Shown piece after piece: positions 44,801 through 58,951 of a stretch of DNA of 64,000 nt (positions are counted from its first letter, which is position 1; the number at the start of each line of letters is the position of its first letter). This stretch comes from Podarcis cretensis (lineage: Eukaryota). The DNA lies in assembly GCA_951804945.1 (NCBI GenBank), contig OX638153.1, positions 29,574,001 through 29,638,000 on the forward strand. Direction: 5' to 3'. The position numbers and the translations under genes were made by a program. The notes under the pieces were generated by a model. The model saw nothing but the letters and a program-made list of their open reading frames with translations. It was not told the DNA's origin and ran no database searches.

Positions 44801-47800
44801 ATGAGAACATGAGGAAATACTCCATCCAATGATCATACGGATTCCAAACAAATCCCAATGGTCCACAACTTACTGTGAAAGTTCAGACTTCTAAACTCTA
44901 CACTTCTAGACTCAGTGAAAATCAATTGCATCAGTGATACAGTACATCAGCCAAAATGTATCTGGCAGCAGAAAAAAGGATACAAACTGCAAAGACCTAC
45001 CCTGTGCAAAATTTCCAAAACCTTGAGAGAAGAGTGCAGGCAGCTAGAGAAGATTCTTTGCTCTGAAGTTGGAATGCCCATCTTGTACAATTTAAGAAGG
45101 TGGACAACAACATCCTTGTAAAGTTCCACGATTTTAAGGAACAATGGAGGCTCCAATGCAGACCACCAGTTTTCTGTTAATAAAAGGGAAAAGCAAATCT
45201 AGCAGACAAAAACGTAGAACAACTTAACAGGACTTATATGTAACTAATACTGTCTAGATCTCAAGTTCATTAGTTGTTCAGCAATGAATAAATTAGACCA
45301 TCCGTTTTTCCACTCCATATCAACATCCTTTTAATATGTAAGAATAGGAGACATAGTTTTTTGGATGTTAGAAAGGGAAGTGCAAAGTTTATTATCCCTG
45401 AGGAGAAATCTCTCAAACAGTAGCAAGAAACCCTGCTTATTAACTATCATGAATTCAAAAAGACAGTTTAAGAAATTTCATTGGACACTTGAGCAATTCC
45501 GGATTTAAAAAATAACTTGGCCTCAAAATTATAAATCTGTATCACATTAGAGCATAGTTGATAATTTACTATTATGCCTTTCTTGTATGTTTGCCTCGTA
45601 CAGTCATAACTCGTGTTGCGTTCTGCTCCTTACGGACTTTCATCTTACGAATGCGGCAAACCCAGAAGTATTTACTTCTGTGCTCACCACCCACGCATGT
45701 GCAGAAGCGATCCATGCGCTTCACACATGCGCTTGATCGCACCATGCACATGCACAGAAGAGGCATTCTAGTTGCAGACTTTTCGGGGTGTGAATGGCAT
45801 CCTGAAACGGATTAAGTCTGCAACTAGAGGTACCACTGTACCTGCTAATGGAAAGAGGAAATCCATTACATATTTTTCACTCCAACAAACACCATCAGTA
45901 AGCCAAAAACAAACCTTAGGACTGACATAAACCACAATTTATAGTTTGCATTTAATGGTATGCCAGAGATCACTGTTTGTTTCCACCCAGCGTGAATGTG
46001 GAGGAATAAGTGACCAGAGGCAGTATGTTCATGGCAAACGATTAATAAAGATTTACAGTGGTATGCAAACAAAGCAACACTTGCTCATAGAGCTACACAA
46101 GAATATCTATATGCAACAGCACTTCCCTTTAGTAGTGTAATGAACAGAAGGTGAAAACTGATAGCAAGAACAGTTTGAGAGATTATATATGCCCCCAGTT
46201 AGTTTTGCAAGCTGCCACACCCTTGCAGCAGATTAAGACATACAAATTAAACAAAAGAAACCTTACCAAGTACTTTCAGTGGAGCCTTTTCTAGATTCAC
46301 AATAGCAGTTGCAAATGGGATAGCTAGTGTCATGTAATTGTTTGCGTCACTCATTAGTGGGCATTCTGGCAGGGTTAGAAACAGTCTTAGGGCTTCAACA
46401 TCAGGCAAGGAACTAGTCAGTTTAGGAATAAGGTTCTTTTCCAAACTAGCTGCAACCTGGGAATTTGGTACAAAATAGATTCTGGTTTTAAACTAAAAGC
46501 ATTTTCTATTATAATAACTCATTTTACACTTTTTTTTTAATGAATTTGAACAAAAACTTGTTTTTAAAAACAAAAAACAAAAAAACCCCAGAGCTCCTTA
46601 ATCACAATAAATGTTTTTTATAACAGCTATTTTACAAAAATGATGAAAGTTACCTTTCATATCTGTTCTGGAGTACAACACACATTACAACATGAAAAGT
46701 GGGGCCCTGAAACACAGTTTCATACTGTGGTTTCTGTTCAGGGGTTGGAGCCATTCTAGTCAGACATAAAACTAAGCCATAGTTTGCTATCACCATGGTT
46801 TGCTGAAGAAACCAGGACCCCAACCACAGATGGTCAAAGAAACTGTGGCTTGTTTTGCCTGGTGATTTCCCCCTGCCCCCTAAATGCTCTTGTGAATAGA
46901 TGGTTCCTGACCAGAAGGCCTTTGTGACAATCAACTTACCACTTCTTTTGCCATTGGCCAACTGCAGACAGGAAACGAACATTCTGCTCAAGATCCTTTA
47001 ATGGCTCCAAAAGCCCCTGAGTAAAGTAATAGTCCTAAAGGTACTATCAACCAACCCTTTCCTTGCAATCCTCCTGAGCAAAACTTCTGTCTGCTCTGGC
47101 TAGTCTTTCAGTAACAACAAGTGTTTCTCAGAACTAGGAATGAACTAAGTTTAACAGGAAGTGAATGGGTGACAGGGGAAGCTTTTAGATCAAAATCTGC
47201 AACTGCATTTGTTGAACTGTTAGTATAGTCCTTCCTAAGAACAAAGGTGAGCTTTTAAACACATATCTCTCATTAGATATTAGGGGGACATGCCCGTGGT
47301 CTCTTAGGGCTCATCAGCAATGAGGCCTGCAGGGTAATGAGCCTGTTACTGGGCACAGTAGTGAAGGATGGAGAGATCTGTTAAAAGTATCAGTGATAAC
47401 CTCTTAGTTGCATGAACAATTTCATTTTCCAGCTGTTTTTCCCTTACACCTCTGTAGCCAGGCAAGGGCTTCTGAGCGATGTGACAAACTAAGCTCAAAC
47501 CTAAGGATTTGAAGTTCAGAGGTAACCAAAAGCAGAAATTCACACGCCAACTTCAAAACATAGTTTGAGATCATGATTTGTTGGGCACAAACCAACCATA
47601 AATGGTTGGCCAGGATGTTCATGGGCATAGCCAGAGCTCACCTGAACAACCCATGGTTTAGTGTTATGCCCAAATCCAGCCACTGAAACACTAATTGAAG
47701 TACATTTAAAAAATCTCAAAATGTTGACAACTCTGTGGAGCTACTACAATTTACATTTTTAAAAAAGTATTGAATATTTCAACAAAGCATCAAGCATTGC

Positions 47801-50800
47801 ATTGCAAACCTAAATTTACCAGTTCTGTGCAAAAAGAACCACCAATTGTTTAACACAGTGTAATACCTGGGATTTGAAACTAGGTGCAATAAGGATTTCA
47901 GGACAAACCTGCTGAGATATATGAGGATGTTCCGGCTGTATAAGTTTGTGAAACAGAAGTCGAGCAGTATTCATGTCAATCCCTGAGTATCTGGCACTAG
48001 TTCTGTAGTGATCATCATGGCTATGAAAACAAAAAGCAGTAAGTAAATTCTGCTTTCCACTACTTATTCTCTATACTTTTAAATGAATATGGAATTCTTA
48101 ATTATTTCCAAACTTTCATTAAATCTTGTGGCTTGGACATTTAAAATATTGTGTATCACCCACTGACCTGATAGCTAAAAAACTTCCATTTAGACAGCCA
48201 GCTGAGGAAAATGTTCCGTCGATTTCACTATTAAAAACAAGAATAAGAAAAAATATATACACAAAGTTAAATTTACTACAATGTTCTAACAGTCTGTAAT
48301 AATCACTGTTGACATTCTAGTCAATGGCAGTTGTTTCACCACACAAAGTCCTGGAATTGCCACTGGCAGAGTATCTGTCAGAAGGCGGAGATGAGCAATA
48401 CTATATTCCGTTGCTGTACTCCGTTTCTTTTTCACAAAGAGAGGTCACTATGTTCTATCAGCCATAAGGGTCTTTAACGCAAAATCTGTTTCCCAACTCC
48501 TTTATGCTTCAAATGTCTGGTACAATGGTCTATTTTCTAAGTTAGATGGGTTCCAGACTAAGTTCCCTTGGTTCCTACTTCAGGTCCCAAATTGTGTCCC
48601 TAATTCAATTCTATTGTTGGAAACAAGTGAATGTCCACTCTCCACTAAAGTGTGGTGGGCTGCCTTGAAATACTGGTATTTGGGCCTGGGGAAGGGATTA
48701 CTTTTACATCTAACCAAAAAAGAGTCTGTCAGTTCATGGTTGAAAACGATGATCCGAAAAGCCTCATCAATTGGTCTTTCACCATCCTTTTTACATCATT
48801 TGGGCTATGACATTGCCCTTAAATCCCTGAGGCAGAGGTTATGGGATATTTTATGCAGCGATCTTCATTCCATATCTTATGTAACCTGTGAACCATTTGC
48901 AGCTGGAATCCACTATGGCCATGATTTTCAGTTACCATCGTATTTCATGAATCTGTCTGAACCTAACTATTGCCAATTATTCACCAAAGTGAGACTAAAT
49001 GTAATCCCTTCAGAAGTACTAAACGGCAGACTGTCTGGTATACCCTATCAGAACAGGCTCTCCTTATGCTCTCAGGGTGTTGACTCTATGAAACATATCC
49101 CACTACACTGTGAGCAATTCAAACAAGCCAGGGATCAATTAATTAAACCCCTTTTGGTAAACTGGAAAATCCAAAACCTTCTATCTTAAGTACCTCCTTG
49201 GAGATATGTCAAATGATACTATTCTGGCCATGGCTAAGTTCCTCTTGGAAAGAATAAGAAACAGAAACCTACATGGTCTGGATAAAACATAGTAACCGCC
49301 TTGGAATCCTTTCCCTGTATTTCTGTTTTATTTTGCTTTTGAAAATGTTTTTGTGAGTCTCTGGATCGAAATTAAGAATGTATGTATATTAATAGGTGAA
49401 ATGGAGCATGTAACCCAATGTTTACAGAAAAGCATCAATTCACAAGACATATTTCTATTTATTATTAGAGTCAGACACCTATCAATTCATTATAGAGCTA
49501 TGATATGCTTGAGAGATACTGGAATCATGACCACTAGAAGACAGTACAGGAGTAGAATTAAGGGGACACCTTTTTACTTCTTACATGTTTATTAAAAAAA
49601 TTCCAATTTCATTTAAAAAATAGTTCAGTTCTGCAAAGGGCAGATCAACCAATAAAGGTAGCAATGCATACAGATAGCCATACTGAAAGGAAACATCCTA
49701 TGTTACAAGAAAACATAGCTTAACATACACTACACTTGAAAAGACTAAAAGGAGAGAAACTTTCTACAAAGCCCAATCATATTTCTTAGTGAATTTAATG
49801 GACATTGTCATGTCTGTTTCCTTCCCTCTCCCATTCCTACTGCAATCCTTTCCTTTAAGCAGAGCTCTTCCTATGTTAACTAAGCTGAGCATCCATGAGG
49901 TAAGAGTAATACATTCAAATGCAGGAGCCAAGTGGATGGTTCTGTAAAGTTAAGCACACAACACCACTATCTGCAAGATATGCCGAAAAGTGTAACAACC
50001 ACCATTCTTACTTTGCTATCTCTGCAGGGAGCCTCCCTGATCCTGAAGATGAGCAGTGCAGCAACCTCTGAATGAAGCCTTCATTCACAGTCCAGATTTG
50101 CTTCGAAGCACATGGGTATCTGAAGTCATCTGGAGGTTCCAAATCCTACATTTTGAGTGGCAAATTATACATAGAAATATTCCCCCCTATTAACTAGGGC
50201 TATTTTCCAGGAATCCCTATATTTAGAGTTGCTACACCATACAACTTTGTTTCATGTTTACTCTTGAGCAGTCCACACATTTTGCTTTTGAACTTGTAGC
50301 ATATAAGCATTATGCACAGAAGCTGGTTGGTTTCTATATTATCTGAGAAGATTTATATAAAATGCTTTTAAAGAAATTGTTTTAAAATTTCCCTTTTTTC
50401 AGGAGTGCTAATTGGAGCTCAGCCCCAATCCAGCTGTAGTCATGCTTTCCTGCATGCAACTATCACCCCCAGATAAATTCATTAAGTTCAATACACTCAC
50501 ATCAGTGCTTCACAGATTTCCCTTGCTGCAGTAGGGCATTTCAGGGCAAGGTCCATCCATCTAAATTAAAGGCTGAATGGGCTGTTTTTAATAATAAGAT
50601 ATAACAGGGATGGGGAACACGTGGTCCTTTAGGTGTTTTTGAACTCCAGCTGCCCCCAGCCCCCACCATCATAGCCAATGGTCAGGGATGATGGGAGTTA
50701 AAGTCCCACAACACTTGGAAGGGTCAAAAGTTTCCCATCCTCATAGGTGGAGAGCCAGGATGTACATAACAAGCTGACATCACCATAATGGACATTCATA

Positions 50801-53800
50801 TCCTGTGTGTGATATAGAAGGCATTTTTATTTTATTTGCTTGAAAAAAATTATATTCTGCACTTCATCCAGGGTGATGAATAAAACATAAAATATACTGT
50901 GATGAAACAAAGCAGATAAAAATACATCAAATTTAAAACGGTTATAAAATTATATTTAAAGAATGCAGACAGTTCCAATAAAACTTTGTATTTCTATGAA
51001 TTCATACTTCCAGTTTACAGCTTTCCCTAACTTAAAATAAGGATTGGCTCAGTCACTAAACTCTAAATATTATGTATGCACACCAATCCTCAAAAGGAAA
51101 GATTGCTTTGTTTAGGAACTGTGAGTTTTGCTTTATCAGCTAACAAAATGAAGCTTAATTTTCTCTAAACAACTTACAAATAACATGTTTCAGATACTTT
51201 AACACCAAATCCGAAAGCATATTGACCACTTAAGATATGGAAAGAAGTTTTATCTTAAGATACAATAATACACAACTGAAGCTACACTAGTTGCACTATA
51301 TTTTAAAGAATACTCTAGTGAAGCAAATGGAAAGCAACACTAATACAAAGTCAAAGTTCCAGGTATCAGATTCAGCTCTAAGCACTTTACTGAGTAAACA
51401 CAGAAGCCAGCTTATGGATTTTAAAAATGAACTACCTGTAGAGTAACGTAATGTGAAAAGCTTTGGTCTCCACCAGAGAAAATCCTATGTACATAATAAT
51501 ATTCTTCACGATCTATAATTAAAATAGCATGATGTTAACATCAAGAAGAAAGCTTGAAAAGAATTTGTCTTTTATTTAGGTAGGAATGAAATTGAGGGAT
51601 GCCACTTTTGCAAGAACATCAGGTAACTTTTGCCAATAGCAGGTCTGCATACTAGCATTTTACACCACACACAGCAACCTTCCTTTTTGAATCACATTCA
51701 CAGTTATTGCTCTGCACTCTCATAGATCAACAAGTTCATTCAGAGAAAAACTAGAGTTGACTTGTATGGGAAATGGTGCATTTTGAGGGGGCGGGGTAAG
51801 GATTTTTATTCATTTTCATCTTTAAACAGTTTACCATGGTTGCATTGAGATATATCTTTGTTTACATTAGAGCATATCATGCTGTGATTATATAAAATTA
51901 AAGTTAAAAGCAAAACAACACAACAATAAACAGATACACATTTCTGAATATATTAACAAAGTTGTGTCAGTGTATATACCAAAATTATTAGTTATTATGT
52001 GTATTTGCTTAGATCACTGATCAAAAGTCAAAGGTATATTGTATCAACAACTATCAGAATTTATAGGAATTTATGGGAAGGGGGGAAAATAATAAAACTT
52101 GTACTTCACACGCACCAGACTGCGCTGTAAACTATGGGTGCTGTTCTACATTATGTCTCATTATTTCTGTAATCAATAAAGTCACACCAGACTGCAAAAA
52201 TCTGTCGTGTTTATTTTGGCTTCTTGCTACTTTTAATTTTGCTCTCAGCTTTTCCAATAATGCTGATTGCCTAATTGCATTATATCATTGGTTCATAGTT
52301 AATAACTGTAACGGTTTCCATGTCCTGGCAATGGTTGTTCTTGCAGCAGTTACTATGATATGTTAGGGGTCCTTGTTTCCAATTTGCAACATATTGGTGC
52401 AGCATTTATTGCTTCTACAGTAAACACAAAAATCTCATGAGGCATAGATGCAGTACTAACAAATCCAGTCCCTTACCCATTATCACAATATAACTATTCT
52501 TAAAATAATTCCCCCCTAACACTCCCAAAATATATATACAACTAAAGCAAGCATTATTACCTGAATTTAGTGGGATGTCTCCGTTATAAGGAAGCCAGTT
52601 TCCTTTCACTGGGAAAGGACTTTTCCTGTTACTGGTTGATCCCATGCCCAACTGTCCATTGCCTCCAAGACCAAAAGAATAAATTCTTCCAGTGGAAGGG
52701 ACAAATGCAGATGTGTGCTGCCTAGTGCAAAGAAAGAATAGAAATTCAACAAGTAAGAAACTGAGAATGCTGTAGTATATTACATATGCTATATGTGACT
52801 TATCTATCCCCAATAACTTAAGAGAAGACAGTTGCAATGTTCTGTTCAGGGTATTAAGAGGGAGCGGCCTCTAAACCGCATGGAACTTGTAATGCATTGA
52901 GATGGAATGCTACTGTGCCTATGGAACAGCCTTCATGCCAATCCAATTAAGTAATTCACCGGGCTGCATAAACTAATGTGTTATCTAACTTACAGCAGTC
53001 TTTTCTTTATAATGGCGCATAACTGGGGTGCCCAACAAGATTTTGAGAATACCACAGCAGCTAGAGGTAAACTTACTTCTTACACTTTTCAAGTTGCTAA
53101 ACACCCCATAAAATTATTCCATTCTGTGGTCTTACCTTCCACAAGCAATCTGTGTGACAATGCTCCCCATAAGTTCAAAAACTTTTCTTGGGTTTATCTC
53201 ATGGCCAGTAGAGTTATGACCTAATTGCCCATAGCCTCCAGCTCCAAAAGTAAACACCCCACCTTCCTAAAAAACATTTGAAGTTAGAATACTTTTTATG
53301 TACAAAAAATAATAGTTACAACTGTGGAGAAGCACTAGATATTTGCCCTACACATATAACAAATAAAGTGTCTTTACAAACATGCTTATCTTCATAGATA
53401 TATAGTTTAGTCTCTGCACAACATCCTCACTGTGTAAGAGTATAAACAATAAAATAAATCCACAGTCCTGTACACCAAAAATAAATCACATTAACTTTTT
53501 TTTTAAAAAAAAACACCATTGATTTTTAATTTCAAGTAACAAAAAATACCCATGCAAAAAAATCATGTAATCTTTAGCTGAGTTCCAATTTAAAAACACA
53601 TGGTTGATTTAAAAAAATCCTAAATTAGTGGTAATATCAGACTGATAAACAAGATAATGTAAAATGCTATTAGTGGACATTGCGCCCTGCCCAATATAGT
53701 AGGACTACTATTTTCACTTTCATATTTATTTGTTCCAAAATGACTTCAACTGCAGAGCAAGAATTGCTCAAGAGAACAGAAAGTGCATTTCTCCACATTA

Positions 53801-56800
53801 CCTGAAGCAAGAGTTCAATTTTGAATTTTAAATCCCACAGGTTTTTAAATATAAGCTTTATGTTATGTACTGAGAAAGCAAACAGTATTTGTTTACAAAA
53901 AACCTAAACTATTCTTCTGTTTGCAGATACTGTAAATGTCATATTCCAATTCTGAATGTAATGACAGCTGTGTAAATAAACCCAAGTATGTTGCATTAAA
54001 TTAACACACACACAAGACTATAAACTGTGCTTCAGCACTAGCAAGAGAGATGGCATCCATCAGCAGAGCAGCCGCCCACATGGTTATTAGAGCTAGGCTG
54101 AATGCAATGGAATATTTCTAAACATGAACTTGTAAAGCTCTGAAGGAAAATAAGCACAAGTTCTCCTTTCTTTTCCCCCTCCTCTGCAAGTCAGCAGCAA
54201 GTGACACATTACATTTCAGCAGCTCTCCCCCCGCCCCCCGAGCTTATATAAATGCTGGTGTGAGCAAGCCAAAGCAACATGTGATCTTGGCAGGTTCACT
54301 GATGTTGCCCAAGCTAGTGGCTCAGTACAACTGTAATGTGTGAATCTTCCCTCAGATGAAGGGGTTGGTGCAGGAGGAGTTCACACCCAATATTGGGCAA
54401 CCATTCACTCTTGACAACAGTGCAGGGTTACAAAAAAGCAGACCAACTGGTGACATGAACATGTTTTCTCTCCTACAGACTGCTGAATCCCTCACTACTG
54501 AAGCAGTCAGCCTGCATGTGAAAAGCTATCAAATCTACTAATTAGTTAAGAGTGTGAAATACAGTATTTCTACTACAGTACCTTTGTAAGAGCCGCAGTA
54601 TGATCTTCTCCACAGGAGATGTAAACAATTTTCTGGGATCTTAGTGACTTTAGAAGATTGGGAACATATCTATCTGAAAATTGTAATAAATCAGAAAGTG
54701 TAATATACACTGTGCAACAACTTACATAAAAAAAAAATATAAACTACTGATTTAGTTTATAAACTATTATTGTTTTACATAACAAATAGTTTTGTTGCAC
54801 TTTGAGGTTTATAATTCCACAGTATGTGTTGTTCAGAGAAGCACTACAGTGCAACAAATAGCAAAGTGCCTGGAAGTTATATAGTATTTTATTCACTATT
54901 TTGAAAGTACCGTTATTTCCTACAATTAAAGCATGCAAAGCATTTCAAAGTTATTGTAGTACTGCACTGCAATGATATCCACAGTTCCTTTCAGCAACTT
55001 TCAGTTCAGTGGATTTCTCATCCGTTAACACAGACGCTCTGAGCATCAATTCAGCAGAGTAGCATAATTTGGTTTTACAAAAATAAGCACACATTATCTG
55101 ATCATAACTAAAATGGAAAGTAATATAGTTCATAGTTTTAAATTTTGTGTACTTACCATTTTCATCATTAAGACCAAGTTGGCCAAATTTGTTGCGTCCC
55201 CACCCAAAAACTGCTCCAGAAAGAGTAAGCACAAAGCTATGTGCTCCGCCCGCTGTAATTTGCGCAAAAGGTATCCCTTGCAAAGATTTTATCCATTGTG
55301 GGGAAGTCTGCTTTTTGAATTCATAACCTAAACCTAGTTGACCATGTTTGTTCTGTCCCCAGGAAAAGACTTCACTACCTGTTGAAGAAAAGACACACAT
55401 TTAAGATGAAGAATAACTGTAGGAATTTACGTCACTCTAAGAATTAAAATTACTCCACTATCATACACAACAGAATTCAAATGGTGGCAATAATTTTTCA
55501 GCCAAGAGAAAGGGGTACTTTTGAAATTAAATGCTAGAGAAGTAGGGTAGGCAACAAGTCTACACACACATTTCCAAATAAAGCCCAATTCTCAATATAT
55601 TAATAGTTCCAGGAATTGCATGGAATCTCTGTACATTTTAGAATTTGGAGATCAGTGGCAAACATAAATGCTCATAATACACACATTTCCTTTCCTTAAC
55701 ATGAGCAAAGCTGAAAACTTGTTTACTCTTTCTGTCCTCTCAAAGCTATCAAACACTGGCTATTTTACGATGTGAAATGCTTAGTGTGGTTTTTTCTATT
55801 GTCATTGTAAGAGTATTTTAAATTTATACAGAAAAACAAGCAGACAGTCCAGAGATTGATTACCTTTGGAGAGTGCAAGGGAATGATAGTAGCCGCAGGC
55901 AACCTGCACTATTTGGATGTGTGACAAGCTTTTTATGTTTCTGTAGGAATAACAAGACATAATTAAATGAACAGCCTTTGCACAAAATGCTATAAAAACA
56001 CAAAGCTTTATTTCCTTACAGAAAATGCATCTTAAACATTTCAAATACTATGTGGCATCATGACCATATGCAACATTATGGTTCAGTGATGTAAATGAGC
56101 TGCAGAAGTGTTGGACTCACATGCTACCCATTCCTGCCTGCATAGCTAAGGAGTCATTTGGAAGCTTCCACTCTCACTTTTAGTAAACCCCAGCTTGCCA
56201 TATCATCTGCACCCAGAACTGGGATTAACATTATCTATGGTTAGTTTAAACAAGCCAGATTCATAAACTACTAATAGTTTACTGTTGACTTGTTAAACTA
56301 GTCATACTAGTTTGAGCTTGAAAAATTACAAAGATGCAAAGATGAAGCAATAAGCCCTTTTTACAAAAGCAAAAGGAACAATTTTTTTAAGATGAATGTT
56401 TTTTTTATTAAACGCCCCCCCAAAAAAGCCTTATGTTATCACTTAGTTTTACCTGGGCACTCTGGTATACTCCTCAGTTCCAGGCAAGCCAAGTTGTCCA
56501 TCTGCAGCAAAACCCCAAGCATAGACTTGACCACTGTCATTTAATGCTAACGTGTGGGCTTCTCCACATGAAACAGCTACAATATTTTGAGCATCCAAGG
56601 CACTCACCTGCTCTGTAATCAAGAGAAAAATCAGCATAATGTTACATTGCTCTTGCCCAAACATTTCCATGATGGACTGCACAACTGAACTAGCAAAAAT
56701 GTGTTCCTACAAACATGTCAGATCTCCTTTACCTGAGGTCATAGGTGCTACAAGCCACAATTCACTGGCTTGTAGGAAACCATTTCACTATTAATCTGTG

Positions 56801-57884
56801 CCTAATAAGGATTGTAGTTTTTCTTCCTCTCTTAAGAACAAAACTTATGCTACCTATATATTTTCACCCTTGGCTGAAGTAACTGCTTTGGTGGGGGAGA
56901 TAATTTTAATCACTAAAGTGACACAACTGGATGCTGTCTCTCAATGCCATGGTCCCTATCCGATTCAGGGAGCCCCAATAAAAATGGAAGATTCTATCTC
57001 CTGAATCATATGTAGTTGCACCTTAGTAGCTATCTAGTGAATTCTATTTTAGAACAGAGTTGAACACTACAGTGCTATCAATCAGCAGCAGCACATGAGG
57101 TAGACACAGTGGCAACTGAGGACTAGGCAGTTTTGTAGACTAAAGCATTTTCAATAAAACTATTTCTAGAGACCCCACTTTGTATTACCAAAAATTACTT
57201 CATGTTTAGTCCAATTAGTGTATCATTGGCATAAATAGAAAAAAGTACCTTAGTGGTTCTAAGCACTGAAATCAAGCTGCTGCTGCTTTAAGAATTTAAA
57301 ATATAACACACTTAATGATCAACTAATGTTAATACATAATTTCTCAACAAAAATAAAAAGTCAACAATATTTTAAATACTGCCTCTGAATGGGCTACAGT
57401 TAAAAATAATACAAAAAACAGATCTCCAACAATTTCTTAACAAAATATCTTGTTGTGTTTTCAGTTCCATATAAATAGAGGCTTTCACGCAATAGCAGTG
57501 GTACAAAAGTCAGAAGGGAAAAAAGAGCAGGTCCTTGAAGCTCTAGTAATTCTAGAAACACTTCCATAATCTAAGCAACTGCTGCTGCAAGTATAACTGG
57601 CACCCACATACAGAACCTAAAGCAATACGATTATCTAATAGGCACTGTTTTAACTTACCTGGTCTTTTCCTGGATTTTTCATGTCCTAATTGTCCTAAAT
57701 CATTACATCCACATGTATACACAGTCCCATCATCCAAGACAAACACAGTGTGTCTTAGTCCACAGCCTACATCTCGAACCTTTTTGTTTATGAAAAAGTT
57801 GCATCTTCTGGGTTCTAGGACAACCTCTTCATCAATGCCCCCCAATCCAAGCTGTCCAAAAGAGGCATTTCCCCAACATAACAT
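32886..57884 (-). CDS. HERC4: Probable E3 ubiquitin-protein ligase HERC4; complement join(57659-57884,56453-56612,55864-55940,55157-55378,54582-54673,53136-53266,52561-52721,51436-51512,50012-50145,48168-48227,47909-48020,46267-46456,45001-45173,43370-43489,40548-40571,40171-40269,39734-39901,38739-38882,37296-37462,36881-36947,36616-36698,35820-36003,35494-35596,32886-33094), 1060 aa
   Basis: Starts [16 protein letters not shown]; RCC1-like repeats (GQLG, CGxxHT); HECT domain ending [25 protein letters not shown] with the catalytic Cys. All 23 introns GT-AG with consistent phases; total 3183 nt. Confidence 0.98.
34498..35434 (-). mobile_element. 5'-truncated Penelope-like retroelement (Neptune-type) with GIY-YIG endonuclease and inverted terminal repeats
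   Basis: Open frame ..[66 protein letters not shown]. About 50-bp inverted repeat 34498-34547 / 35353-35402; 12-bp TSD AATTRCTCTAGA. Confidence 0.92.
34554..34591 (-). ncRNA. Minimal type I hammerhead ribozyme in the Penelope terminal repeat
   Basis: Minus strand GTAT-CTGAAGA-A-GTGTGCATGCACAC-GAAA-GC-TC-ATAC: stem I GTAT/ATAC, CUGAnGA core, palindromic stem II, GAAA, vestigial stem III and UC cleavage site. Confidence 0.8.
36381..36432. repeat. (GAGAAA)n hexanucleotide microsatellite
   Basis: About 8 perfect units. Confidence 0.9.
37970..38170 (+). mobile_element. L2-type LINE 3' fragment
   Basis: TTTAAGGTGCTGGTT..TTTAGAACTTTAA and AGGGTCTTTTCTGTTGTGGCAC resemble the L2 ORF2 end (FKVLV..RAFSVVAP). 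Confidence 0.5.
38368..38455 (+). mobile_element. Degenerate Penelope terminal-repeat relic with decayed hammerhead
   Basis: CCGATGAAGTG..CATGAAAGCTTATGCC..CTTTAAGATGC mirrors the layout of the hammerhead-containing end at 34500-34590. Confidence 0.5.
38942..39093 (-). mobile_element. tRNA-Ile-derived SINE with CR1-like tail
   Basis: Minus strand TAGCTCAGTTGGTTAGAAC..TGGTGCTGATAACGCCAGGGTC (tRNA-Ile-like head with A box), then TCCTGCAT..CAGG..CCCTTCCAACTCTACAATTCTATGA tail. Confidence 0.75.
40548..40571 (-). CDS. HERC4: HERC4 24-nt in-frame microexon (DISHGLNE)
   Basis: ttttggtag|GATATCAGCCATGGATTAAATGAG|gtaaga, phase 0-0; resembles the human HERC4 peptide DVNHGLTE as recalled. Confidence 0.8.
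41045..41296 (-). mobile_element. Sauria SINE with internal deletion
   Basis: Reverse complement of the SINE head (GGGTCCCTTTACCTT) and body; 15-bp TSD TATGTCCTRTGTACA. Confidence 0.85.
45601..45838. mobile_element. Tc1/pogo-type MITE, same family as 28022-28284
   Basis: TA-CAGTCATAACTC ... GAGGTACCACTG-TA. Confidence 0.75.
48400..49300 (+). mobile_element. Non-LTR retrotransposon ORF2 3' fragment (RTE-X-like), antisense to HERC4
   Basis: ORF 48614-49189 ends [50 protein letters not shown], a decayed C-terminal CCHC knuckle typical of LINE ORF2. Confidence 0.7.
50605..50742. mobile_element. Short hAT-type MITE (common squamate family)
   Basis: CAGGGATGGGGAAC ... GTTTCCCATCCTC ends with internal palindromic arms; related fragments near 18100, 27030-27165 and 42480. 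Confidence 0.6.
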
Positions 57885-58918
57885 GTTGCCAGCCTTCTCA
57901 ATGATCTGCCAGCTTCAGCATTCAAACGTCCAGCATCACTGTAATGGAGTGGAAAATAAGTTAGTACTAAAATACAGGTGACTTGGTATTTATAATAGGA
58001 TTCACAAACTTCATCTCTCAATTATTGTGATTAGCCCAAATAAAAACACTAAGAATTTCACGTCTCATTAGAAGAATTCTATTGCAGAAAAATGAAAATA
58101 TGACTGTTACATGTTCTCTAAAATATTAATCATCTAATTTTAAATAAGTATTTTGCTAGAGCTGGTATTTTTGGACCTCTCAATATCAGAATTGCAAACA
58201 TTTATTGCAGGCCAAATGTGGTTGCTATGTGTTACTCTTACAAGCGAGTAAGATGCAAAAAGGCATAACCAGAACTATTTATGAAACCAGTAATGACAGC
58301 AGGATAGAAAGCACCACAACAGCAAATCTGAAAAGATTTTTTTGTGCAAGACAAATTTTTGTGCTGAATTCAGCATATTTTTGTACAAATTCAGCATGGA
58401 GATTAAATTTTCTGGACATTTGAGACTTGGAAAAGAACAGTTCTCTCTTCCCCACCATTTTTACACATTTTCTCCCATGTCTTTACATTTAAGTCAACCC
58501 CTAAGATTATATTTAGCCCAATCCTAAGCATGTTTTACTTGATAAGTAGATCCCATTGAGTTCCATGAGATTTACTCCTAGCTAGGAGGATTGCAGCTTT
58601 AGACTGAAAACCGCAAGATAGTTAACAAAATCCAGGCACACTTACTAGACACTCAAGATGGTGCTACCAAGAGCTGGAACATACTTGTAAAAAAGTGGCC
58701 TTCAGACATCCATGCCAATCACGGCAAATTTAACCTATGTTATAAGAACATAATTAGGTAAAAGTTATGGGAATTCATATTTCTCCAAACCCAATCACTT
58801 TTTCCCCCTACTTGAACATCACTGAAAATAGAATTTAAAGAGAGCCCCTAGCAGAAAAAGCATGGTAAATCTTCACTTCCTCCAGTATCAACCATTCAGG
58901 CCCTACAACTGGCAGCGG

Positions 58919-58919
<1 letters not shown>

Positions 58920-58950
<31 letters not shown>
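58920..58950. repeat. (GT)n microsatellite
   Basis: About 15 GT units. Confidence 0.9.

Positions 58951-58951
<1 letters not shown>

Noticed and set aside
48614-49189. 191-aa ORF as a nested host gene
   Set aside because: Matches a decayed LINE ORF2 C-terminus; non-ATG start and no promoter or splice evidence.
52100-52200. Repeated CACCAGACTGC in a HERC4 intron as a snoRNA or structured RNA
   Set aside because: I could not identify convincing C/D or H/ACA boxes; two short direct repeats are not enough evidence.
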